Assembly: GCA_030550115.1 (NCBI GenBank)
Contig: JAUQPY010000013.1
Coordinates: 1-56,257 of the forward strand
DNA: 56,257 nt
Source: Candidatus Micrarchaeota archaeon
GTDB taxonomy: Archaea; Micrarchaeota; Micrarchaeia; Anstonellales; J096
Direction of reading: 5' to 3'
In this document: piece by piece, positions 20,794-29,833 of the stretch
Numbering within the stretch: position 1 is the first letter of the stretch
How the letters are laid out: each line of letters starts with the position of its first letter
The notes under the pieces: model-generated
What the model was told of the DNA's origin: nothing
What the model saw: only the letters and a program-made list of their open reading frames with translations
Databases searched by the model: none
Made by a program: the position numbers and the translations under genes

Positions 20794-21231
20794 ATGAAAA
20801 AACATAGATTCATGAGTGATGAGGAAAGAGCACAACAGATAGATGCTCTATTCAAGGAAATAAAGATGTCTAATCATAACTACAAAGATGTTAAAGAACC
20901 TGCATCTAAAAAAGTAGAGGTAGTATCCGAAGAGCAATTCAAAAGTAAGTTGATAGATAGAATCGATGTTTATATAAAGCAGATAAATAAGAATTTGGAT
21001 ATCATAGATGAATTCTTGAAACATGGCAAGTCTAATGAGGTATTAACAAACCTCTGGCAAAAGAGTGTTGCTGTAAAATATCTTCTAAGTAACATTAGAT
21101 CTGAAGTAAAGGATCTAAACGACATCAATGGAGGGCATTTCGAGATACAGATCATAGATCTTGAACAACAATCAAGACGGATAAGTAAAGAAATAACTGA
21201 TTTTATGAGATCGATCCTAGAACAAAAATAA
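20794..21231 (+). CDS. hypothetical helical / coiled-coil protein
   Basis: ATG 20794 lies about 25 nt after TTTTAAAC; charged helical sequence. Confidence 0.65.
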   Translation: MKKHRFMSDEERAQQIDALFKEIKMSNHNYKDVKEPASKKVEVVSEEQFKSKLIDRIDVYIKQINKNLDIIDEFLKHGKSNEVLTNLWQKSVAVKYLLSNIRSEVKDLNDINGGHFEIQIIDLEQQSRRISKEITDFMRSILEQK

Positions 21232-21232
21232 C

Positions 21233-21574
21233 CTACGGAATATCAGCTAAACCTAGTAGTAATCCATTTCTTATATTTCTGTATAACTCAATAGCCCGCA
21301 TATCTCCATCTCTAATAAGTCTATATAATCTTTTAGCCTCAAGAGACAAATATCCAAATCTATTATAATCTCTGAACACAGCTTCGTGTTCCTTAAGAGC
21401 ATAAACTATGATATCTGTTTTTACAGATCTATATATCTGTAGAGTATTCCAGAGTGTAAGCTCAACTCTATCCCAATCACCTCTATGATGATATACTGTA
21501 TTTGGGACTGATTTAACCACACCTAGTATCGAAGCTCTATCTAATATTATAACTCCTTTGTATCTGATTAACAT
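21233..21574 (-). CDS. hypothetical protein
   Basis: 113-aa ORF tightly packed with its neighbours. Confidence 0.6.
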   Translation of the reverse strand: MLIRYKGVIILDRASILGVVKSVPNTVYHHRGDWDRVELTLWNTLQIYRSVKTDIIVYALKEHEAVFRDYNRFGYLSLEAKRLYRLIRDGDMRAIELYRNIRNGLLLGLADIP

Positions 21575-21575
21575 A

Positions 21576-22187
21576 TTAATGATAGGTGATACTATACAAA
21601 CTAATTAACTTTCTCGCAGCTATTTTATAATCTATAATCAGATCTATTATCATATCACCTACTTCTAAATGGAAATCAACAATCTTTTTCGATAGGTCTT
21701 CTAGCTCGCTATGATCTCTGAAGAATTCATATCTAGCTACAAAATCAGGATAGAAATATATTAGTTTAAGCTGATTCGGATCTTCTGTAACATAATTTAG
21801 ATCCAATACTCTTCTGCGTAAATAGGGCATTACATCAATGTGTAATATCCTAGTAGCTCTGAGTATCTCGAGTGGAAGTTCTCCAATAACCTGAACCCCA
21901 TCTTTTGATGGTATTATATTAGGTATTGTAAATATCAGTGCTGGTAATTCTTTTTGGATTTCATTCAGTATTTCAGAGTATTTCTCAGCTCTCATTTTCT
22001 CTTTAGCTTTATCTAGATTAAATAATAGGTTAAATAATAGAGGGAGCCGTTTTATCCATCTCTTTTGATTTAGTGTGTAATCAAAAAACGTACTATTAAG
22101 CTCCTCTTCTATCTTTTTGATACTTATGTGTCTCAAAGATACCTCTAGATTTGATTGTTCTATTCTAGATCTGATTATTTCTAACAT
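21576..22187 (-). CDS. hypothetical protein
   Basis: 203-aa ORF with a TATA-like element upstream. Confidence 0.65.
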   Translation of the reverse strand: MLEIIRSRIEQSNLEVSLRHISIKKIEEELNSTFFDYTLNQKRWIKRLPLLFNLLFNLDKAKEKMRAEKYSEILNEIQKELPALIFTIPNIIPSKDGVQVIGELPLEILRATRILHIDVMPYLRRRVLDLNYVTEDPNQLKLIYFYPDFVARYEFFRDHSELEDLSKKIVDFHLEVGDMIIDLIIDYKIAARKLISLYSITYH

Positions 22188-22237
22188 CGATATTTTTTGT
22201 ATGTAAATATTTTTAAATAATATTTTCTATTTCTATA

Positions 22238-22752
22238 TTAGAATTTCTAAAAATATTTTATCCAATTCGATCAATACAAAAGAGAGTATTTTTTAAATGA
22301 ACAGGGGGGATATTTATACAAAACACCAATTTTTATTTAATAATATTTATTTAGATTTTCTAAATATTTTTTATCCAAATATTAGTTTACCTTAAAAGAA
22401 TACTAATAAGATAGCACCAAAGAACTGTTTATTTTTAAAGTAAACTATAGTAATGATATATCGTAAGGTTCTAAAGATCGAGTTTACTTATAAAGTATGA
22501 AATCATGGGTTTTTTGGTAGTTTTTGATATAAACAGCCCGCTCATTAGTTCAAAACCCACAAAACTCCGATCTGATCATGTTTTGGTATTCTTTAAAAGT
22601 AAACTAACATGCAATATACAGATATAAATACTTTTACAGTAAACTAAAAATTATATTGATGTATTTTTTATAGAAAAATGTTCTTAAATTTCCAATTTCC
22701 TAAATAGATTGCTAGCTCATGATAGATTTACTATTAATATTAGAATTTCTAA
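22238..22752. repeat. repeat-rich AT-rich intergenic region: 3x TTAGAWTTTCTAA palindrome and 5x TTTWHARGTAAACT
   Basis: Palindromes at 22238, 22351 (one mismatch) and 22740; GTAAACT units at 22384(-), 22439(+), 22481(-), 22598(+), 22638(+). Confidence 0.75.
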
Positions 22753-22805
22753 AATAAATTTAGAATAAGAAATCTTTAAAAAATGAATAATGTAAAATTG
22801 CAAAT

Positions 22806-25800
22806 ATGATCCTCTTTTTAGCTGTTCTAATAGTATCATTTAGCTATGGCTCATGTAACGTTAATACAGAGCAAGAAATGATTCAGGCTCTGGATTCATG
22901 TGATTTAATATTAGCTGAGAATAATATTGAATTAACCCAACAGATAAATATAGAAAATCGAGATATAATCATAGATATGAATGGGTTCTCTCTAACATCT
23001 TCAGCAGGAGTAGATCTTAATATTGATAATAGTAACATCACTATTCAGAATATGAAAGGTTTCAGCAATTTGGACCTTTTACTATCTTCAGGAGAGTTAT
23101 ACATAAAGAACAGCGAAATATATGTTAACAATAATAATAAATTTCAAATTCGCCAGTTTGGTAAGCTATACATTCAAAACCTAAGTATACTTGGAGATGG
23201 CAGTGATATAGTCGAGTATAGGTTTATATTTGGAATAGGGGATCTAGAAGCTTATAATCTAAAAATAGATGGAATAACAGCTACCTCAGAAAATTATGTT
23301 CCATATGGAATAATACAGCTCTCTAGTCTAATAAATGCTACTTTTGTAAACTCTAGCTTTACAAATATAAGAGCATTTTACAGTATTTTCTATTTGGGTG
23401 GAGCTGGAGGATATGTGGAAAATTTTACCTTGGAAGGCTCGATATTTGAAAACATTAGTGAAGGAGTATTGGAAGTAGCTATAGTAGATGAATCCAGTAT
23501 TTGTAGAATTAGCAATTTTAGAATAGCAAATAATGTCTTTAATAATTTCTTTACTGAAAATAGTATAGGGCTAATGAATTTCATAGGTACTGATATTTAT
23601 ATAGCATGTTCTTCTTCAGATATAAGTTCTACTATTATAGCTAATAATAGTATTGTGGGGAATCTTTTCAATACTAGCGAATGCAATACAGTACTATATT
23701 TTAATATTTTTGGGCAATTTGCTGATAATGTTATTTCAAACAACAGCTTTTACTATGATGATAATACATGTGGAAGAGGATCCAATCGAGTGATAAATCT
23801 AATAGACTATGAATCTATAATTGTTAGAAATAGAATTGAGAATAATCTAATTAGAATCAACTCGGATAATGACTTTTTATATTTATTCCGAAATAATTAT
23901 GCAAAAGTATTTGCAGAAAATTACATATCAAATAATAGTTTGTTCAATAGCTCAATATACATTACTTCCGAGCAATTTATCAATAATACAATAGCTGAGA
24001 ATATAATCTCATCCAAAAGAGGGATTGAATTAGTAGAACCCATTGTTTTGGTACTCTCAATTGGACCTTTTTCAGATTCATATGGATGTATTGATAACAT
24101 AATTTCAGGAAATGTATTCAATGTAGAATCAGATGCAATATCTATAAATTGTGATGTTTTAAAAAATCTGAATATAACTAGGAATGTTTTCTACCAACTT
24201 GATACCAGAACAGATATCCGCAGTATGATAAGTATAAACATAGATCAATTTCTAGAGGAGGAATTTATGAATAATATTATATATGATAACATATTCAATA
24301 TTACTCCAGGATTAGATAAATATTCCATAAAAGTCGGAGGTGCTGGATTTAGCAATTTTTATGATCCAAATTTAGGATGTTTAGAATCATTAGAGCAAGA
24401 AGCTGCTAGACTAATAAGCATGAACATTACAAAAACTCCAGGGAGATCTATAGTTAATAGTATTAATCTCGGGGGAAATTATTGGGCAGATCATAGGGGA
24501 GGAGGATTCTCTGAGACTTGCTCAGATTCAGATAATGACCAGATATGTGATCAGAGATTTGACCTGTATTATAATATATACGATGATATATCCTGCAGAT
24601 TTGGTTCGGATTATTATCCACTTACGCTTGGTAGTCGTGCTGGCTCACCTCCAGACGTAAATATAACTTCTCCTCAGAATGGTATTGAGATAGAATCTAT
24701 AACAGTAGATCTATTTTTCGATATCTGGGATGATGGTGATAGAGTTACTTATGAAATATATGTGAATGGAGAGTTGGAGCGTACGGGAACAGTTATCTTT
24801 GAATATAATGGATATAGTATTACAGATAGGATCGTAGTATCATCTTATCAAATTGGTGTGAGTACTCCAGTGGATATCGAGGTAAGAGTTTATGATGAGG
24901 ATGGAAATACTGCATCAGATTCTATAAGAATATATGTAAATTACGATCCATATCCACCCCCTAGAATCGGTATAATTACAAATAACTCATATTATCTGAA
25001 CAACCCTATTATAGTCTCATATAATATATCCACTAGATCTAGTTTTGGACTTGAGGAATACAGTGTATTTCTAGGTAATCTAGACAATAATAACTACCAA
25101 GAGATTCGAAGACATCGGTTTGATTCAGACCCTCCAGTCTATAACTATAATAATACAATCGACCTGTCTCCTTATATAAGTTCACCTGGTAATTATAGGA
25201 TTAGAATAGAGGCTTACGATAGAATAGGGATCGGGGCTGAGAATTCTTCTGATATAGTGGTTTTAGCTCTAGGAGCAGATGATAATGACATACCAAGACC
25301 TAGTAGTAGAAGGGTAGATTACAACTCACCAAGGGTGGAAATTGAGCAGATTTCAAATACAAACATTTCCAGATCTATAAATATTAGCATTCCTTATAGG
25401 ATAATAGCCGATAGGTATATTGATTACTATGAAATATTTATCAATAGAACATTATATGAAAATGTGAGCTGGAGAGTTTCAGAATATGTAAATGAGGTGT
25501 TGTTACTAAAAAATCTTGGGGAAGGAACCTATTTAGTGGAGATAAGAGCCTATGATGTAGATGGAAGATACGGGAATAATCACACGAGTTTTAGATTGAT
25601 GTTAGTAAGAGAGGAGCCGGATAACAAATCACTAAATATTATTCCAACTAAACCAACTACATATACCATTCCGACTAATAATAATTATAATTTAGATGAG
25701 GGAGATAGCTCTGTTCCTAAGATTCAACAACCAGAAAATAGAGTTCCATCAACCCCTAAGCCTGATTACGGGCAGCAGGATATAGATAAGAATATATTAT

Positions 25801-26090
25801 CTAATACGGAAAACCCAATCACTAATATACCAGTACAAATTATAATATTAATAGTATTCGCCCCAATATCTGCTCTATTAATCCTATCAAGAGTATTAAG
25901 ATATAGTCTGGTAATCAGAGATGAAAAAACTATCATAAAAGTAAGAAATGTTCTTGGATCGCCTATGAAAGGGATAAGAATTGAGGGATTTGATGTTGTG
26001 AGTGATCAGAATGGAGTTATTATATTAAATGTACCTATTGATAGAGTGAAATTCAAAGGATTATGGATAACGATTAGAGATAGAGCTTAG
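22806..26090 (+). CDS. large membrane-anchored surface protein (signal peptide, beta-helix/NosD-like region, Ig-like domains, TM, C-terminal tail domain)
   Basis: N-terminal signal; Asn-rich IxNN repeats; GGNYWxD...GFSETCxDxDxDxICD...DYYPL motif; PxVNITSPxNG...VYDxDGN Ig-like repeats; TM near the C-terminus. Confidence 0.85.
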   Translation: MILFLAVLIVSFSYGSCNVNTEQEMIQALDSCDLILAENNIELTQQINIENRDIIIDMNGFSLTSSAGVDLNIDNSNITIQNMKGFSNLDLLLSSGELYIKNSEIYVNNNNKFQIRQFGKLYIQNLSILGDGSDIVEYRFIFGIGDLEAYNLKIDGITATSENYVPYGIIQLSSLINATFVNSSFTNIRAFYSIFYLGGAGGYVENFTLEGSIFENISEGVLEVAIVDESSICRISNFRIANNVFNNFFTENSIGLMNFIGTDIYIACSSSDISSTIIANNSIVGNLFNTSECNTVLYFNIFGQFADNVISNNSFYYDDNTCGRGSNRVINLIDYESIIVRNRIENNLIRINSDNDFLYLFRNNYAKVFAENYISNNSLFNSSIYITSEQFINNTIAENIISSKRGIELVEPIVLVLSIGPFSDSYGCIDNIISGNVFNVESDAISINCDVLKNLNITRNVFYQLDTRTDIRSMISINIDQFLEEEFMNNIIYDNIFNITPGLDKYSIKVGGAGFSNFYDPNLGCLESLEQEAARLISMNITKTPGRSIVNSINLGGNYWADHRGGGFSETCSDSDNDQICDQRFDLYYNIYDDISCRFGSDYYPLTLGSRAGSPPDVNITSPQNGIEIESITVDLFFDIWDDGDRVTYEIYVNGELERTGTVIFEYNGYSITDRIVVSSYQIGVSTPVDIEVRVYDEDGNTASDSIRIYVNYDPYPPPRIGIITNNSYYLNNPIIVSYNISTRSSFGLEEYSVFLGNLDNNNYQEIRRHRFDSDPPVYNYNNTIDLSPYISSPGNYRIRIEAYDRIGIGAENSSDIVVLALGADDNDIPRPSSRRVDYNSPRVEIEQISNTNISRSINISIPYRIIADRYIDYYEIFINRTLYENVSWRVSEYVNEVLLLKNLGEGTYLVEIRAYDVDGRYGNNHTSFRLMLVREEPDNKSLNIIPTKPTTYTIPTNNNYNLDEGDSSVPKIQQPENRVPSTPKPDYGQQDIDKNILSNTENPITNIPVQIIILIVFAPISALLILSRVLRYSLVIRDEKTIIKVRNVLGSPMKGIRIEGFDVVSDQNGVIILNVPIDRVKFKGLWITIRDRA

Positions 26091-26218
26091 TCCGGAAGTT
26101 AGTTAGATTCTAAATAAATAACAGATCCGTACAAAGCTGTTCCATAGTCATAAAATTTCAAAACTAAATAATCTAAGAGTATTTGAGCTCGTTCTTTTCT
26201 CCCCGTATCTTTAGATAG

Positions 26219-26318
26219 TGCAGGGGGTGGGATTTGAACCCACGCAGCCACGATGGCACCAGATATCACAGTATCCCTCTTGAGTCTGGCCCGTTTGACC
26301 AGGCTCCGGCACCCCTGC
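26219..26318 (-). tRNA. tRNA-Leu (CAA) with a 14-nt intron at position 37/38 (26265-26278)
   Basis: Minus strand GCAGGGG...CCAGA CT CAA G [AGGGATACTGTGAT] A TCTGG, long variable arm, ...CCCCTGCA. Confidence 0.92.
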
Positions 26319-26333
26319 TCCCAATTCTATTTA

Positions 26334-27353
26334 TCAAGATTTATTTAAAAATTTCTCATATGTCGATATGTATTCTTTAATAATATTATCAATGTGGAAT
26401 TTGTTAGCAATCTCTTGCATTCTACGGTGATCTATTTCTCCAGCTAATTTTACAGCTCTGATAAATCCTTCACGATCTCTAAAAGTTAGACCAAATTCTC
26501 TTATATAATCTGCTATAGCCGTATTCTCATGAGCTATAACCGGTGTTCCTGAGGCAAGAGCTTCCACACAGACCAATCCTAAAGTGTCAAAATCTGAATT
26601 GAAAACCAATGCATACGCATCTCTGTATAACTCTCTAAGTCTCTCCTCACTAACAAAACCTAAAAACTCCACATCTATTCCATATTCCTGAGCTCTCATT
26701 CTATAGTATTCCATAGCTGGTCCTCTTCCAGCTATGTACAATGGCATAGATATATCTTTCAGATACTCAAATATCCCGTCTATTTTCTTCTCCTTTACTA
26801 GTCTACCTACGTGTAGGAGAAATCTATCTTTTGTATCAGAATAGTAATATCGATTTACATCTATTGGAATAGGTAGAACGTTTACATCTCTAACTCCTAA
26901 TGTATTGAGTCTATGTTTCATCATAGGAGACGGAGATAGTGTGAGATCATATCGATTCAACAGTTCTCTAACATAAACTTCAGCTATCCAACTTGGCATT
27001 TTGATATAGTGAGTAGCTTTGGTTATATCTGTATGGTAATGTCCTATTACTGGTATTTTTTTCCTCCGAGCTAAGAGAATTCCGTATATAGCTGTCAATG
27101 CCAAGCCATGATTGTGTACAAGATCTACATCAAGATCTTTTAACATGTCCGGTATAACTAGCTGGTATTCCTTATAGAAAGGTAGTCTAATCCCTGGAGA
27201 GGGTATGTAATTATCTGGTTTAGGATCAGTATTAGGACCCAATACTACTATTTCATACCCATATGATTCTAAAGCTGGGATTAGCAGATCCAGAGCTCTA
27301 ACAACACCATCCACATTAGGGTGATATGTGTCTGTGGTAAAGAGAATTCTCAT
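26334..27353 (-). CDS. glycosyltransferase, GT4 family
   Basis: FTTDTYHPNVDGV, HVGRLVKEK, GRGP, DTLGLVCVEALASGTPV. Confidence 0.92.
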   Translation of the reverse strand: MRILFTTDTYHPNVDGVVRALDLLIPALESYGYEIVVLGPNTDPKPDNYIPSPGIRLPFYKEYQLVIPDMLKDLDVDLVHNHGLALTAIYGILLARRKKIPVIGHYHTDITKATHYIKMPSWIAEVYVRELLNRYDLTLSPSPMMKHRLNTLGVRDVNVLPIPIDVNRYYYSDTKDRFLLHVGRLVKEKKIDGIFEYLKDISMPLYIAGRGPAMEYYRMRAQEYGIDVEFLGFVSEERLRELYRDAYALVFNSDFDTLGLVCVEALASGTPVIAHENTAIADYIREFGLTFRDREGFIRAVKLAGEIDHRRMQEIANKFHIDNIIKEYISTYEKFLNKS

Positions 27354-28264
27354 AAATCAAACACCGTTCTCTCTTTTCGAACTTTCTGAATGCTGTTTAT
27401 AACATTCTCAACTCTCTGTGCTGAGAACCCATGTCTTGTTACTAAGATCTCTCTGAGTCGATCCGGATCAAAGCTCGGAAAATCCAGCTTTACATCTTTA
27501 ACAGGGGGATTTAGAAAAAACTCAAATATTTCCATAGCATCAACTCCGTTATCTTTAGATATCATATCAAGAATTTCACTCTTGCTCATTTTCCTAACCA
27601 TCTCTAATCCTCTAATAGGGCCTATACCATCTATACCGGTATTGAAATCAGTACCTATGAGCATTCCTAGGAGAATTAGCTGTTCATGATCGATATTTAG
27701 ATGCTTTAGTACAGAATCTAATTCTACAAATTCAAATCTATTCTCCCCATAGTAATTTCTTAATATCCTCTTAGCCCCAAATAGGAAGCTATCATAATCC
27801 TGACTATTTATAGCGTATGCTGTACCCACTCTAGTTAAATAGCTAGCCTGCGCCTCTCCCTCTGAAGGAGCTATAATAGTTATAATTCCCATAGCATTCA
27901 ACAATTCTATAGTCTCTTCCTTCATAGTATCTGTAAATACCATATCTCTGTATTGAGTCTTTGATCTAGCTAAGATTCTTTTCTCTATCTCAGCTCTCTT
28001 AAAATACGGTGGTTTGCCATCAAATACTACAATTAATTTTATTCTATTGATCAGGAAATTTGACAATCTGTAGAAAGCTCCTGATAGATGTGAAGTGATC
28101 TCACCTTTTTGGTCTCTGAGATACTCCCCATCAGAAGTTCGTATCGCTGCTAGAAATTGATATATCATATTATTGCCATCTATAGTAATGATTCTATTTG
28201 ATAACTTGGAGATGTGAACAGTTTGAGCTATAGGTTCAATCAGTCTCTTGAGATCGCTTCCCAT
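27350..28264 (-). CDS. fen: flap endonuclease 1
   Basis: IDGNNMIYQFL, TSHLSG, VFDG, APSEGEAQA, SQDYDSFLFG, GTDFN..GIGP. Confidence 0.93.
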   Translation of the reverse strand: MGSDLKRLIEPIAQTVHISKLSNRIITIDGNNMIYQFLAAIRTSDGEYLRDQKGEITSHLSGAFYRLSNFLINRIKLIVVFDGKPPYFKRAEIEKRILARSKTQYRDMVFTDTMKEETIELLNAMGIITIIAPSEGEAQASYLTRVGTAYAINSQDYDSFLFGAKRILRNYYGENRFEFVELDSVLKHLNIDHEQLILLGMLIGTDFNTGIDGIGPIRGLEMVRKMSKSEILDMISKDNGVDAMEIFEFFLNPPVKDVKLDFPSFDPDRLREILVTRHGFSAQRVENVINSIQKVRKERTVFDL

Positions 28265-28700
28265 TATCTCTCTCTTCTGCTTTCAGAAAGGATTCTAAAG
28301 AGACTCTCTCACTCTTTGTATCAGATTCATCCTCGATGATCTCAGACACAACTTCCTCTATCAGCAATTCCTTACCTATAGCTTTCTCAAGTTTTCTAAT
28401 AATACTTATATCAACCAATCTACCGGCCATGATGTTACTCAAATCTCTTTCAGATATTTTTGTATAGAGAGATAATGCTCTTATATCAAACCCCCTCGAT
28501 TTCATAAAATCTTCAATTCTGGTTTTGGTATCATCTCTGAGTCTATGTGTTACGAATTTCTCTTTTCTCCTATTAGTCTTCACCTTGGATCTAGATTGAA
28601 TTAGATCAGCATTACCACAACTATCACATACCTCTACTTCTGCACCTTCTATAATGATAGTTCTAGTAGCTTTCCTTTTACCACAGATCTCGCAGATCAT
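28236..28700 (-). CDS. archaeal multiprotein bridging factor (aMBF1)-like protein
   Basis: N-terminal CEICG...IEGAEVEVCDSC Zn ribbon plus HTH (KLEKAIG). Confidence 0.8.
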   Translation of the reverse strand: MICEICGKRKATRTIIIEGAEVEVCDSCGNADLIQSRSKVKTNRRKEKFVTHRLRDDTKTRIEDFMKSRGFDIRALSLYTKISERDLSNIMAGRLVDISIIRKLEKAIGKELLIEEVVSEIIEDESDTKSERVSLESFLKAEERDNGKRSQETD

Positions 28701-29209
28701 ATTCTGATAGTTAGAATCTTAACTAGATCTTTTCCACTCAGTTCTCTATAGATTTTCTCTGCAAATATCTCTACCCCATCCAATCCTGTCTTATCTTGAA
28801 AATCTTTGAAACTTGAATATGGTCTTCTCTCTAGAACAATTTTCAAAGTCTTCTTACCAATCTGTGGTAAGAATTCAAGTGTATGTGTTCTAGTGTTTAT
28901 TGGTTTTGCATTGTTCAGAAAATCCACATATCTGGTTTCATTCTCCTTAACAATTCTCTTTAGAACATCTTTTAGATTCATTCTTGCACCTTCTGTTAAC
29001 TCCTGAAACGATATTCTACCTTTAACCACATCAATAACTTCTCTCTTCTGCTTATCCTTTCCTATGTAGTATTTCTCTCCTATTTTAGGAGTAGTCCCTT
29101 TCTTTATAACCCCTGTCAGAAATGTGAATCTATCTGCTCCTATCATATAGGCTAATCCTTTCCCATCTGGGGATATATTAAAATCTAATATGTATGCATA
29201 ATCTTCCAT
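28697..29209 (-). CDS. DUF655 family putative RNA-binding protein
   Basis: EDYAYILD, FLNNAKPINTRTHTLEFLPQIGKK; conserved rpl21e-rpoF-DUF655 context. Confidence 0.88.
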   Translation of the reverse strand: MEDYAYILDFNISPDGKGLAYMIGADRFTFLTGVIKKGTTPKIGEKYYIGKDKQKREVIDVVKGRISFQELTEGARMNLKDVLKRIVKENETRYVDFLNNAKPINTRTHTLEFLPQIGKKTLKIVLERRPYSSFKDFQDKTGLDGVEIFAEKIYRELSGKDLVKILTIRI

Positions 29210-29217
29210 AATGAATT

Positions 29218-29508
29218 CTATTTAGAGAATATTTTTATAATCTTATCTATATCTATATCCCCTTCACCATACTCAACCAATAGTTCTCTGATGAGTTCGG
29301 GATGAGTGGGTTTCAGATCCACTAATTTAGCTATCGCCTCATCATTCTTCAATCCAATTTCCTTAAGTTTATCAACGTATTTTATATCATCCACATCTAA
29401 GTCTTCCATGTGAAGGTACTGAAGTTTGATATTATAAGTATAATCCCCCGATTTCATTAATCTCTTTACTTCAGCTTCAGGAATAGCATTTATACTAATG
29501 ATCTTCAT
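29218..29508 (-). CDS. rpoF: RNA polymerase subunit F (Rpo4)
   Basis: AKLVDLKPTHPELIR motif; position between rpl21e and DUF655. Confidence 0.75.
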   Translation of the reverse strand: MKIISINAIPEAEVKRLMKSGDYTYNIKLQYLHMEDLDVDDIKYVDKLKEIGLKNDEAIAKLVDLKPTHPELIRELLVEYGEGDIDIDKIIKIFSK

Positions 29509-29783
29509 AATCTCTGCAAATGTATTGGTAGAACAATCAGCCTTTTGAGTTCTTTCCCTAGCATTACTCTAACTACATATGAGAATCCTCTCTTCTCTTC
29601 TATTTCCCCAACCAGATTTTTGTATCTTCTGTGTGGTATCTGTCCAGCTCGATAATATGGAACAGGCATTATTCTAACTCTCTCACCTATCTCAAAAACT
29701 CTTACAAAATCAGTTGGTGTTAATCTACGTTCTAGCTTTAGAGATTTTAGGAATTTACTCAAATATCCTTTTGACCTCTTCAT
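29505..29783 (-). CDS. rpl21e: 50S ribosomal protein L21e
   Basis: MKRSKG...FEIGERV...PHRRY...GEI...PIHL; start at ATG 29783. Confidence 0.9.
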   Translation of the reverse strand: MKRSKGYLSKFLKSLKLERRLTPTDFVRVFEIGERVRIMPVPYYRAGQIPHRRYKNLVGEIEEKRGFSYVVRVMLGKELKRLIVLPIHLQRL

Positions 29784-29833
29784 GAGTTTATTATAAACGA
29801 TCAATTTAAAAAGATTCTTAATCATATTTAAAT

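Noticed and set aside
22188..22805. CRISPR array or leader
   Set aside because: The repeats are short, irregularly spaced and in mixed orientation, and there are no cas genes.
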